DNA from: a virus
Length of the DNA: 64,000 bases
IMG/VR virus record: IMGVR_UViG_3300017987_000073
Location: 16,563 to 80,562 of that record
Reading direction: 5' to 3' (one strand)
Shown: in pieces, positions 26,015 through 34,388 of the stretch
Position numbering within the stretch: the stretch's first letter is position 1
Layout: every line of letters starts with the position of its first letter
Notes under the pieces: model-generated
What the model was told of the DNA's origin: nothing
Seen by the model: the letters and a program-made list of their open reading frames with translations, nothing else
The model's database searches: none
Program-made: the position numbers and the translations under genes

Positions 26015-26960
26015 ACAACTCCTCCGCGACGTCGTGGATCCGGATCGCGTGGTCCCACCGCGCCATCCGTCCGACGTGTCTGACCAGACCTCCCCACTCC
26101 TCCGCCTCCCTCGAGTCCCCGAGCACCTGCACCCGTGCGCTCGGTCCAACGTGCACCGCCTCGACCGCCTCGCAGAACCCCAACGGGGCGTCGATCGAGT
26201 TGAACTCGTAGACGCACCCCCGCGCGGGAGGCCCGCAGAGGAACTTCACCCGGTCGAAAAGAAGCGCCGGCTCCACGTTGTACAGAAACTCCCGAACACC
26301 CCGCCGCCGCTCCTTGGCGATCCCCACGTTGAACGGCTTCCCCACGACCCACGTCTTCCACCCCGCTGAATACTCCCGCCGATCTCGGAACCCCTGGGTA
26401 TTGGTGAATTCGGGGGTCAGAGAGTCCCAGATCGGCGCCGGGAGGGTGTTGATCACCCGAGTCGCCCGAACGGGTTCCTCCAACCCCTGGACCCGAAGAA
26501 ACGCCTCCACGGCCCCGGAGCTCGTGACCTCGAGCACGCGTCCAGGAACAATCGTCACTCGCGCCTCGAGACGCCGAACCAGTTCATCCACCGAGACGTC
26601 GAACGTCTCGATCCCACCCGAGCGCCCCGAGCTCGCCGCCGAGTCCGGAACCAGCGTCTTCAGACCCTTCAACCCTCGACTCCGGCGGTAGTAGTAGGCG
26701 CGGAGTTCCTCGGGCACTCGGTCCACCACCTCACCACCCGGGGCGATCCAACCGAACCGCACCGTCCGAGGGCGAAACCCTCCCCCTCCAACCTCCTTCA
26801 GGAGCCGCTCCGTCGCCGGAGTCCTCCACAGGTAAGTCGGGGCTAACTCCCGAAGTCGAGAATCACCACCGACGTTGTCCCCGATCACGAGGTCCGCGCG
26901 CAGTATCGCCGCGGCCACGAGCCCGACCGGACCCGCTCCCAACACCACCGTTCTGTTCAT
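26001..26960 (-). CDS. FAD-dependent oxidoreductase (UDP-galactopyranose mutase/protoporphyrinogen oxidase-like fold)
   Basis: VVLGAGPVGLVAA dinucleotide-binding motif, GG motif, VINTLP, C-terminal VGRMARW. Confidence 0.8.
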   Translation of the reverse strand: MNRTVVLGAGPVGLVAAAILRADLVIGDNVGGDSRLRELAPTYLWRTPATERLLKEVGGGGFRPRTVRFGWIAPGGEVVDRVPEELRAYYYRRSRGLKGLKTLVPDSAASSGRSGGIETFDVSVDELVRRLEARVTIVPGRVLEVTSSGAVEAFLRVQGLEEPVRATRVINTLPAPIWDSLTPEFTNTQGFRDRREYSAGWKTWVVGKPFNVGIAKERRRGVREFLYNVEPALLFDRVKFLCGPPARGCVYEFNSIDAPLGFCEAVEAVHVGPSARVQVLGDSREAEEWGGLVRHVGRMARWDHAIRIHDVAEELYAIG

Positions 26961-26963
26961 GGA

Positions 26964-27674
26964 TCACCCGGAGTAACGACGCATCACGCGAAGACAGATC
27001 GCGATCACGTCCTTCGCGATCTCCCCCACGTAGAAGTAATTGGACCTCCCGAGATGACGACGCTTTCGCTCGACCGCGTCGTGAAACTCCAGCCCGTCGA
27101 TCTCGTCCAGAAAACCGTCGTCAACCGAGAAGTGGACGTTGAGACCACGACGAAACACCGCGAATCTCCTCACGAGGTTGTTGTCGTAGTAGGTCGTATA
27201 TTGACCGTTTCGCTTCTTGGTCCAGCCGTCCGGCAGGTGCTCGGCGAGCTTCTCGTTGATCTGATCCGCCTCGATCCCGGAGAGGTCCGATTGTCGGGTC
27301 TTGTCCCGCCGCTCCTTCTCCTTGCGCTCGACCTCCTCGACCACCTCGTTTCGGTCCCGACCGTCGACCTGAACCCCGACCTTCTTCGCCCGCTTCTGGA
27401 GTTCCTCGGCGTCGATCTGCGGGTCCTCCGTGTCGTCCAGCACCACCCCGCACGCCCAGCACACCTCGATATCCCCGTCGATCGGCGACTGACACTTCCC
27501 GCAGACGTAGGGAAGGTCGTGCTCCTCCTCCTCGAGCTTCTTCAGCACCTCCGTGTGGGCGGTCTGAAGCTGGCGTGCCCTGGGCTTCCACCCGAAGGCT
27601 TTCTCGCAACTATCCTTGAGGGTCTTCAAGTTCAAAACCTTGAATCGCGGTCCCTCCAGTTCCGGTGTCGTCAT
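26964..27674 (-). CDS. hypothetical protein with zinc ribbon
   Basis: ATG 27674 with GGAGG RBS; CGKC...CWAC. Confidence 0.7.
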   Translation of the reverse strand: MTTPELEGPRFKVLNLKTLKDSCEKAFGWKPRARQLQTAHTEVLKKLEEEEHDLPYVCGKCQSPIDGDIEVCWACGVVLDDTEDPQIDAEELQKRAKKVGVQVDGRDRNEVVEEVERKEKERRDKTRQSDLSGIEADQINEKLAEHLPDGWTKKRNGQYTTYYDNNLVRRFAVFRRGLNVHFSVDDGFLDEIDGLEFHDAVERKRRHLGRSNYFYVGEIAKDVIAICLRVMRRYSG

Positions 27675-27709
27675 CTTCACCTCCTGTCCCTTCATATCCG
27701 AAAATGTAC

Positions 27710-28297
27710 CTACTCGATCAAATCCTCGAACGCCGCTCTCAGTTCGGAGATGATCGGATCGCCCGGCTCCAGAGGTGAGTCGTCTACCTCCAGGATCTTG
27801 GCGATCACCACGCGAGCCTCCGCGCTCAGCTTGCGCTCTGCCCCCCGGATCAGGAGCTCGACCGCGAACTCCTCCTCCGTGTGGATCGACCCAAGGTCCC
27901 CGTCCGTGATCTCGGTCGGCGTCTCCGGGTTGACCAACCGGCGCGCCTGCCACCACATCGCGGTCCGCGCCGAGCACTCGACGAACGTCCCGAGCGTCAC
28001 GAGCTCCGAGACGCCCCGGATCCCGTGCTCCTCGAGCGCGTGTTCCACGAGGTCCCTCCGCTGGAGGAAGACCTCGCCGCACCTGGAGCAGAACCAGACG
28101 AATCGGCGCGTGCTCTTCGAGATCGACAGGAGACCCTCGTTCACGAGGTCGTCCGCGGTCGCGGACGGGAGGGTGGGAAACTTCTGGAGGGTGACGTTCG
28201 CGGTCCTCTTCAACCACTCCCCGTACTCGACCGCCACCTGATTAAACGTGTTGTTGCTTGGCTTTGCCCGATACTCCCTCAGCACGGACTCGTTCAT
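27710..28297 (-). CDS. phage sigma70-family factor (region 2) with an inserted C2H2 zinc finger
   Basis: DDLVNEGLLSI..STRRF (region 2.2) and LGTFV..SARTAM (region 2.3/2.4) flank CSRC-x12-H-x4-H; AAGGAGG RBS. Confidence 0.72.
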   Translation of the reverse strand: MNESVLREYRAKPSNNTFNQVAVEYGEWLKRTANVTLQKFPTLPSATADDLVNEGLLSISKSTRRFVWFCSRCGEVFLQRRDLVEHALEEHGIRGVSELVTLGTFVECSARTAMWWQARRLVNPETPTEITDGDLGSIHTEEEFAVELLIRGAERKLSAEARVVIAKILEVDDSPLEPGDPIISELRAAFEDLIE

Positions 28298-28322
28298 AGG
28301 CGACCTCCTTTGAGAAGGTCGC

Positions 28323-28351
28323 GTCTTATCGCATACCTTATTATTTGTAAA
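28323..28351 (-). promoter_or_regulatory. putative sigma70 promoter for the sigma-like gene
   Basis: AT-rich island; TTTACA-N17-TAAGAC on the minus strand. Confidence 0.45.
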
Positions 28352-28381
28352 GCTTAAAGTGAAGGGTCGAGGAAGTGTAGT

Positions 28382-29098
28382 CTAACCGGCGACTTGTGCG
28401 GCCTCCTCCTCCGCCTTGAGCCGAGAGAGACGCTCGTAGGTCAGGAGGACGGACCGCACGTTCGAGGCGTACCAGATCCCCCCGTTTTTCGACTTCACGC
28501 CCCGGTTGTTCAGCCGCTCGGCGATCGCGTGGTAAGGGAACCCGCTCTCCCGGAGCTGCACCATCCGCAGGAGAACCTTCATCTCGGGCCCGTGCTCGAC
28601 GAGCTGCTTCCCCTCCTTGGCGAACCCGAAGGGCGTCTTCCCGTAGACCCGCCGCTGGCGCGCGCACCGCTCCGAGGCGTCCCGGCACCTCCGGGAGATC
28701 TGCTCCCGCTCCATCTCGGCGACCGCAGCGAGGATCGTGAGGGTGAATCTCCCGTGAGGCGTCGAGGAGTCGATCTGCTCCCGGACACTCACGAACCCGC
28801 GACCAGCGCGCTGGAGCTGGGATACCAACCCCAAAAAGTCCAGCACCGACCGGGAGAGTCGATCGATCGCGTAGACGATCAGGGCGTCCGCCTCCCCGTC
28901 CAGGACCCGCTCGAACGCCTCCCGCACCCCCGGCCGGTTTAGAGACTTCCCGCTCTTCCCCTCGTCCCGGATCACGTCCACGATCTCCGCGTCGACCAGG
29001 TCGGCGTAGGACCTTATCTTCGCCTCCTGGTCCGCGAGGGAAACCCCGTTCTTCGCTTGGTGAGCCGTAGATACCCGAATATACGAGATTAGCTTCAT
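28382..29098 (-). CDS. serine recombinase (resolvase catalytic domain plus short Recombinase domain)
   Basis: YIRVST, SGK..NRPG, DRLSR, AEMERE.IS.R, TPFGF, IAERLN..G, W....VRS.L; ATG 29098 with GGAGG RBS. Confidence 0.94.
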   Translation of the reverse strand: MKLISYIRVSTAHQAKNGVSLADQEAKIRSYADLVDAEIVDVIRDEGKSGKSLNRPGVREAFERVLDGEADALIVYAIDRLSRSVLDFLGLVSQLQRAGRGFVSVREQIDSSTPHGRFTLTILAAVAEMEREQISRRCRDASERCARQRRVYGKTPFGFAKEGKQLVEHGPEMKVLLRMVQLRESGFPYHAIAERLNNRGVKSKNGGIWYASNVRSVLLTYERLSRLKAEEEAAQVAG

Positions 29099-29121
29099 CT
29101 CTCCACCTCCCTTATACACTT

Positions 29122-29149
29122 ATTGTAGCAGTTTAATACAGTTTGTAAA
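29122..29149 (-). promoter_or_regulatory. sigma70 promoter of the recombinase
   Basis: TTTACA-N16-TACAAT with extended -10 TG on the minus strand. Confidence 0.65.
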
Positions 29150-29173
29150 GGGAAGTGTACAACTAAGTGTACG

Positions 29174-29788
29174 TCACTCGACGTAGGTCTTCCGGAGGGC
29201 GTCGACGTCGCGCGAGGAGAAGGCGGTTCCGCCGCCGTCGAGAGTGGGGTACATGATCGAGGACCTCTCCCGATCGTGGTCGAGCCCGAAGACGTGCCCG
29301 AACTCGTGGAGCGCGGCCCGCCGGAGGGTCTCCCCCTCGAGCTCGCGGTCGAAGCTCACCGTCGCGGAGAGGATCCTCCCGTCCCGCTTGTCGAAGCGGT
29401 GCTGAGTCACCGCCCCGTGGCTCTCGACGTCCTCCTCGGCGTCCCGGAGCTTGAGGTAAACCGACCCGTCCGGAGCCCACCTGAGCGCCTCCTGGAGCGC
29501 CCAGGGGACGCAGGGACCCAAGAGGTCGCCGACCTCCCGCTTGACCTCCTGGCGGACGCTCTCGTAAGCCTCCAGGTACTTCCCGGGCAGGTCCGCCGCG
29601 TGGAAGCAGGAGATCGGAAGGTCCGAGCGCGTCCACTTGAGCTCGTGTCCGTCCCGCTCCAGAAAAGTGAGGTCCCCCGGCCGGACGATCAGAGCGTAGA
29701 TCACCCCACCGACCGAGAGTATCGCGATCGCCGCGCCGATCCACGCCGTCCAAGGGTCAGTTTTGAACAAGCTCAGCAACCACTTCAC
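29174..29788 (-). CDS. membrane-anchored matrixin-like (M10) zinc metalloprotease
   Basis: N-terminal TM helix; HEFGHVFGLDH and Met-turn SIMYP; GTG 29788. Confidence 0.88.
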   Translation of the reverse strand: MKWLLSLFKTDPWTAWIGAAIAILSVGGVIYALIVRPGDLTFLERDGHELKWTRSDLPISCFHAADLPGKYLEAYESVRQEVKREVGDLLGPCVPWALQEALRWAPDGSVYLKLRDAEEDVESHGAVTQHRFDKRDGRILSATVSFDRELEGETLRRAALHEFGHVFGLDHDRERSSIMYPTLDGGGTAFSSRDVDALRKTYVE

Positions 29789-30012
29789 GACGCCTTCTCC
29801 ATTTCCACGCGCCGGTCGTACCCGTCGAGGTACGCCTTCGCGTCGCTCACGTGGATCAACCACCCTCGACTACCGGGCGGCCGACTCGCGCGCAGTTTCC
29901 CGGATCTGATGTCGTACAGAACCGCGACGCGCGTGATCCCCCGCGCCGCGGCCACCTCCGGGAGGGTGATGAAGTTTCTGTTGGGGTGTCTGGTCGCTCT
30001 CTCTTCGCACAT
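29785..30012 (-). CDS. excisionase-like HTH DNA-binding protein
   Basis: ITLPEVAAARGIT..AV...IRSGKLRA...WLI (HTH_17/Xis pattern). Confidence 0.78.
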   Translation of the reverse strand: MCEERATRHPNRNFITLPEVAAARGITRVAVLYDIRSGKLRASRPPGSRGWLIHVSDAKAYLDGYDRRVEMEKAS

Positions 30013-30013
30013 C

Positions 30014-31162
30014 TCACGATCTCCTGACCCCGGTCCGAAACCTGACCCTGACCCGAGCCACCTCCGCCGGCGGACGAAGCGCGTCCAAGATCACCGCCTC
30101 GTCCGCGTCCCCCGGGTCGGTTCCCGCCGGGAGTTGCCTCACCGCAACCCGGGTGAAACTCCCGAGTTGCTCCTCCACCGTCTTAGCGAGAGTTTCGCCG
30201 CCCTCGTCTCCGTCGGCCATATGGATGAGGAAAGGCGCCGTCCGGAGGTGCTTCGCCTGCGCCGCGTAGAGACGCCCACCGAGCGTCGCCGCGACCGAGT
30301 AGTCGAAGCCGTGGTTTTCCACGATCCCACGTACCCGCTCGGCGTCGAAGTTCCCCTCGACCAGAACCACCGGCCTCCCGGGAACGATCCCGTCGGGCGC
30401 CCAGAGCACTCCGGCGCCCTTCCCCAGCGGGAGCCCGGGGCAGTATCGCCCCTTCAGGTTCGATGCTAGCCGTTTGGTCGTCCCCCGCAGGTACCAGTTG
30501 ACGACCCGCCCCTCCCACCTAATCGGGAAGAGAACCCCCGGGACCGTCTTCCCGATCGCCGTCTTGAGCCGTTCCCCCGCGTTGTACACCACCCGAACGT
30601 CGAGCTCCCGCGCCCGCTCGGGTGAAATGAACCTCCGCTCCAGGTACCGCTGGAAACTCTCCTCCGCCTCATCGATCGGCTTGTTCGGCGGGAAGAGGAG
30701 CTCCGTCCAGTCCGCCGACCGGATCCGACGATTCTCGATCTTTGGGTCGGAGGTCCCGAATCCCTCCCGGTTCAGAAACTCCCTCCGAATCCAGGCGGCC
30801 GCCGCCGACCGTTGCTCCTCGTTCGGCCAATTCAACTTTCCGTCCTCGCGCTCCCCCCACAGGTCGAACTTGATCTTCGCGACCAGGTCGAGGAAGTTGA
30901 ACCCCCTCATCGAGTCGTCCGGGTGCGACCAGCAGTTGAACCACCCGAGCCGACACCTCCCTTCGTCGTTCTCCTCGTCCTCGACGCAGACGTGGAAGCT
31001 CGGGTGCTCGTCCTCGTGGTCCGGATCCGGACACTCCGCGTAAACGTCAGGCCCGTTGTACCAGAGCACCTCGATCCCGAGCTCCTCGAGCACCTCCTCC
31101 ATATCCACTTTCCGGAGGAGCCGCTGCACCCGCTCCAGATCCCGGTCCCGCCTCGACGTCAC
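30014..31162 (-). CDS. DNA primase (DnaG-like)
   Basis: CPDPDHEDEHPSF...CWSH zinc-binding domain, LFPI, Toprim LVEGNFDA, DGDEGG, DPGD. Confidence 0.9.
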   Translation of the reverse strand: MTSRRDRDLERVQRLLRKVDMEEVLEELGIEVLWYNGPDVYAECPDPDHEDEHPSFHVCVEDEENDEGRCRLGWFNCWSHPDDSMRGFNFLDLVAKIKFDLWGEREDGKLNWPNEEQRSAAAAWIRREFLNREGFGTSDPKIENRRIRSADWTELLFPPNKPIDEAEESFQRYLERRFISPERARELDVRVVYNAGERLKTAIGKTVPGVLFPIRWEGRVVNWYLRGTTKRLASNLKGRYCPGLPLGKGAGVLWAPDGIVPGRPVVLVEGNFDAERVRGIVENHGFDYSVAATLGGRLYAAQAKHLRTAPFLIHMADGDEGGETLAKTVEEQLGSFTRVAVRQLPAGTDPGDADEAVILDALRPPAEVARVRVRFRTGVRRS

Positions 31163-32487
31163 TTGCCCCCCTTGCCCCCGAAGTAGTCGTCTGTGTGCTT
31201 TCCGATCCGACAGATCTCCGGCTGGAACTCGAACCCGACCGTCACGTTCTGCGGCCCGCGCCGCTGCTTCGCGATCTTCACCTCGAGCACGTCCTCGTCG
31301 TCCTCCTCCGGGTTGTAGTACGCCGACCGATGGAGCAGGAGGACCAGGTCGGCGACCTCCTCGTACCCCCCGGAGTTCTTCAGCTCGTGGAGGTGCGGCC
31401 GCGGGTTCTTCACCCGTTTGATCCTCCTGATCTGCTGCACCACCACCGCGCAGAACTTCCGCCGCTTGGCGAGCTTCTTGAGGCGCCGGAGCTCAGCGGT
31501 CACGTAAGCGGCGTCCAGCTCCCCCTGGAGGAGGTACTCGAAGAGGTCCAGGATCACCACGTCGAAGTCCTCCTGCTCCACCGTCGCCTCGAGCTCGTCC
31601 AGGTTGCTCATCTGATCGTCGAACACGACCCTCTCGTCCGCGAGAAGCTCCCGCGCCTTCTTCCGGAGACCCGACAACTCCTCCCCGGTGAGTTCGTCCG
31701 GAGTCTTGATCACCTTCTCCGCCTTGACCCGAGCCCTCATACACGCGATCTGCTCGACCACCGACTCCGTCCCGGCCTCCACCGGAACCGAGAGCACCCG
31801 CTTTCCGTGGTTCACGAGCCGAGAAGTCAGGTTCGAGCAGAAGGTCGACTTCCCCATTCCTGGACGACCTGCGACCACGACCACCCTCCCCGGCCTCAAC
31901 CCCTCGTAGAGTTGATCGTCCAACCCGGAGAAGTGCGTGGGAACGAAGTTCTCCGTCCTCCGGTTGGCGAGCTCCAGGAGCTCCCCGTACCACTCGTTCA
32001 GGAGACCAGTCCCCCTCCGTGAGCGGGAGTCCGCCGAACTCCCCTCACGGAGCTTTCGGAGGACCTCCATCGCGACCGCCTCGGCGTCCTCGACGCTCGC
32101 GTGGACGTCGTCCAGCGTGTCGTAGAGCCGAGAGAACGGCTCCGCCGCCGCGTACTTCGTCGCCCCCGCCCGGAGGAGCTCCAGGTGAATCCGAAAGTTC
32201 TCCGCGCTCAGGGCCCCGAAGTTGTCCTCCAGGTCCCGGAGGTACTTGTACTTGACCACCTCCCCGGTGATCTGGATCACCGAGTCCGCCGCGTAGCTCG
32301 CCCCCCGCTTCCTCAGCTCCCGAAGCGCCTCCATCGTCGCCCGGTGCGTCGGGTGAGTGAATAGCTCGGGGTCGATCCGGAGGACCTCCCGCTCGAACGT
32401 CTCCGGGTCCCCGACCAGCGCCCCGAGAACCACCTGCTCGTTCCCCGTGTTGACGTCGATCACCAGGTTCGTCTTGTCCTCACCCAC
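31159..32487 (-). CDS. replicative DNA helicase (DnaB-like)
   Basis: EQ.VLGAL, AGRPGMGKS, ILD, Q..R, RP.L.ELKNSGGYEEVAD, IAKQRRGP. Confidence 0.94.
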   Translation of the reverse strand: MGEDKTNLVIDVNTGNEQVVLGALVGDPETFEREVLRIDPELFTHPTHRATMEALRELRKRGASYAADSVIQITGEVVKYKYLRDLEDNFGALSAENFRIHLELLRAGATKYAAAEPFSRLYDTLDDVHASVEDAEAVAMEVLRKLREGSSADSRSRRGTGLLNEWYGELLELANRRTENFVPTHFSGLDDQLYEGLRPGRVVVVAGRPGMGKSTFCSNLTSRLVNHGKRVLSVPVEAGTESVVEQIACMRARVKAEKVIKTPDELTGEELSGLRKKARELLADERVVFDDQMSNLDELEATVEQEDFDVVILDLFEYLLQGELDAAYVTAELRRLKKLAKRRKFCAVVVQQIRRIKRVKNPRPHLHELKNSGGYEEVADLVLLLHRSAYYNPEEDDEDVLEVKIAKQRRGPQNVTVGFEFQPEICRIGKHTDDYFGGKGGK

Positions 32488-33127
32488 GGTTCCGCTCCCT
32501 TCGCGTCTCACCGATCATCAGGATCTCCTCGAACCGACCCAAGAAGTCGTAGAACCTCGGAGATTGACTTTTGAGCTCCTCGTCCGACAGGTTGCAGGTC
32601 AGCACGGTCGAGAGCTCCTCGTCGTACCGGTGCTCGATCACCCTCTCGAGGAAGTCTCGCTCCCCCTTGTAGTCCGCGATCCGCCCGATGTCGTCGATCA
32701 CCAGGAACGCGCAGTTGAACAACCGCCCCCTGATCTGCTCGTAATCCTCCGAGTCCTCGTCGTCCACCACCCGGTTGAACCGGTACTCCCCGATCTCGGA
32801 CGCCCGAGCGAAGAGGGGCACCCGCTCCGCGTCGAAGAAGTGGATCCCCCGACTCTTGATCCCCAGGTACGCGCGCCGGAGCAGGCACGCCGAGCTCATC
32901 GTCTTCCCCGTCCCGAAGTTCCCGCCGATCAGCAGGTGGACCGGGTCCTCCAAAAACGACCCCTCCAGCAGATCGTCGGCGAGCTCCTCGAGTCGCTTCA
33001 GCGACTTCGCGTAACCTTTCCCGCCGAGGTCCCGCATCTCCGAGACCTCCACCGCGGCGAGCCGAGATGGTATCCGCAATCGGCGGGCGATCCTTCGGCA
33101 CCGCTCCTCGTCAACTCCGTCCTTCAT
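32480..33127 (-). CDS. DnaC/IstB-like AAA+ helicase loader
   Basis: IP.R, GGNFGTGKT, LVIDDIG, RY....TVLTCNL. Confidence 0.88.
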   Translation of the reverse strand: MKDGVDEERCRRIARRLRIPSRLAAVEVSEMRDLGGKGYAKSLKRLEELADDLLEGSFLEDPVHLLIGGNFGTGKTMSSACLLRRAYLGIKSRGIHFFDAERVPLFARASEIGEYRFNRVVDDEDSEDYEQIRGRLFNCAFLVIDDIGRIADYKGERDFLERVIEHRYDEELSTVLTCNLSDEELKSQSPRFYDFLGRFEEILMIGETRRERNRG

Positions 33128-34388
33128 TTCTCCTTCGCTCCCTCTCTGCGATCACGCGCTCCCAGTTCTCTCGAGTCCCGGCCCGGTCGTTGACCTCCCG
33201 AAGCGTCTCGCGCCGACCGCCGGCGTTCCTTCCCCTTCTATCCAAAATGTCCAGAAGCGTCTGAGGATTACTCGGGGTGAAAAAGTAGTTGAAGCTCACC
33301 GGTTGCCCCCGAGCTTCCGCCCGCTCCAGAATCGCGTCGATCGCGTCCCTCGCTCGAGCTCGATCCCCCTTCAGGTGTCGGTTCGTGAAGCTCGCCGCGT
33401 TCTTCGCCGAGGCGGCGATCGCCCGGTTCTTCACCCCGGCCGCGTAGAAGTTCTCGTCCTCCTCCCCAAACGCCGCCAGGTACTTCGTCACCCAGTACCC
33501 CACGAGGTCCATCCCGGACCACATCTTCACCAACCTCGAAGCGTGAGCGGAGAGTTCCCACCGCTTCGAGGGGGTTTCTGCGAGCTCGGGTCCGCTCGGG
33601 GGTCGAAGTTGCTTCACCCTCCTCCCCGAGCTCCTCGCCTCCCTCTCCGCGATCTTTTCCGCGGCCCGCTTCAAACCCTCGGGCGAGTCCTTGTCGTGAG
33701 TGTCCTCGATCTCCTCGTCCCCCAACTCCTCGTCTCCGGATTCCTCGAGCTCGTACACTTTCTTTCCTCGTCCGGGGTGTGTATCAGATTTCTCCTCGTT
33801 CACTTTCGCTCGAGGTGATTCACCTCGAGCTAACATAGAACTCTTATCCTCTACTCTTAAAGATCTCTTATTGGGGGTGTCAGTTTGACGCACCCCCCTG
33901 TGTTGTTTTGACGCACCCCCCCTGTGTTGTTTTGACGCACCCCCTTCGTCCTCTTGGGGTGCGTCGTTTTGACGCACCCCCCTGCGTTGATTCGCCGCAC
34001 CCCCCTCTGTACACTTGCTCTCGTCTAGGGTCTGTACGCGATCATCAGCGGTCCGATCGCGGGCCTTCTCGGTGAGGAACTTCTCGTTCGAGGGGTCGTC
34101 CAACCACTCCGGCCAGAGCGGCTTGACGTCCACGAGGTGCATCCCGCGCCTCCGCTTCCGCCGGCGCTCGACCAGGCCGAGGTCCTCCAGCTTGTCGAGG
34201 ATCCGATTCACGTTTCTGCGGTCGTCGATCCCGGACACCTCGGCCAACTTCTTGATGCTGAGGTTGTTTCTCTTCATCTCGTCCCACGTGTGGATCACCG
34301 ACCAGAGGTACTTGTCCCGAAAGGTCAGATCCTTGCAGTGAGCGATCGGAGCTGGGATCTGATAGAATACGTAATCCTTGGAGTTCAC
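33111..34388 (-). CDS. replication initiator (lambda O-like, N-terminal winged HTH)
   Basis: YQIP...DLTFRDKYLW, SIKKLAEVSGI...VNRILDKLEDLGLV; contains iterons; upstream of the DnaC-like gene; GTG 34388. Confidence 0.82.
   Translation of the reverse strand: MNSKDYVFYQIPAPIAHCKDLTFRDKYLWSVIHTWDEMKRNNLSIKKLAEVSGIDDRRNVNRILDKLEDLGLVERRRKRRRGMHLVDVKPLWPEWLDDPSNEKFLTEKARDRTADDRVQTLDESKCTEGGAANQRRGVRQNDAPQEDEGGASKQHRGGASKQHRGVRQTDTPNKRSLRVEDKSSMLARGESPRAKVNEEKSDTHPGRGKKVYELEESGDEELGDEEIEDTHDKDSPEGLKRAAEKIAEREARSSGRRVKQLRPPSGPELAETPSKRWELSAHASRLVKMWSGMDLVGYWVTKYLAAFGEEDENFYAAGVKNRAIAASAKNAASFTNRHLKGDRARARDAIDAILERAEARGQPVSFNYFFTPSNPQTLLDILDRRGRNAGGRRETLREVNDRAGTRENWERVIAERERRRNEGRS
33808..34006. repeat. 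putative replication origin: palindrome, AT-rich tract and iterons
   Basis: GCTCGAGGTGA-T-TCACCTCGAGC (33808-33830); AT-rich 33831-33872; TTTGACGCACCCCC at about 33884, 33907, 33931 and 33968, degenerate copy at 33991, inverted copies at about 33873 and 33956. Confidence 0.85.

Noticed and set aside
20036-26960. Known modification pathways (2-aminoadenine PurZ, 7-deazaguanine, ThyA-type hmC/hmU)
   Set aside because: No PurZ, QueC/D/E, FolE, DpdA or ThyA-fold gene was recognised in the window.
33873-34006. Short repeats as a possible CRISPR array
   Set aside because: The repeats are about 14 nt with spacers of about 10-20 nt, two of them identical; they lie inside a CDS and there are no cas genes. 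They fit iterons.
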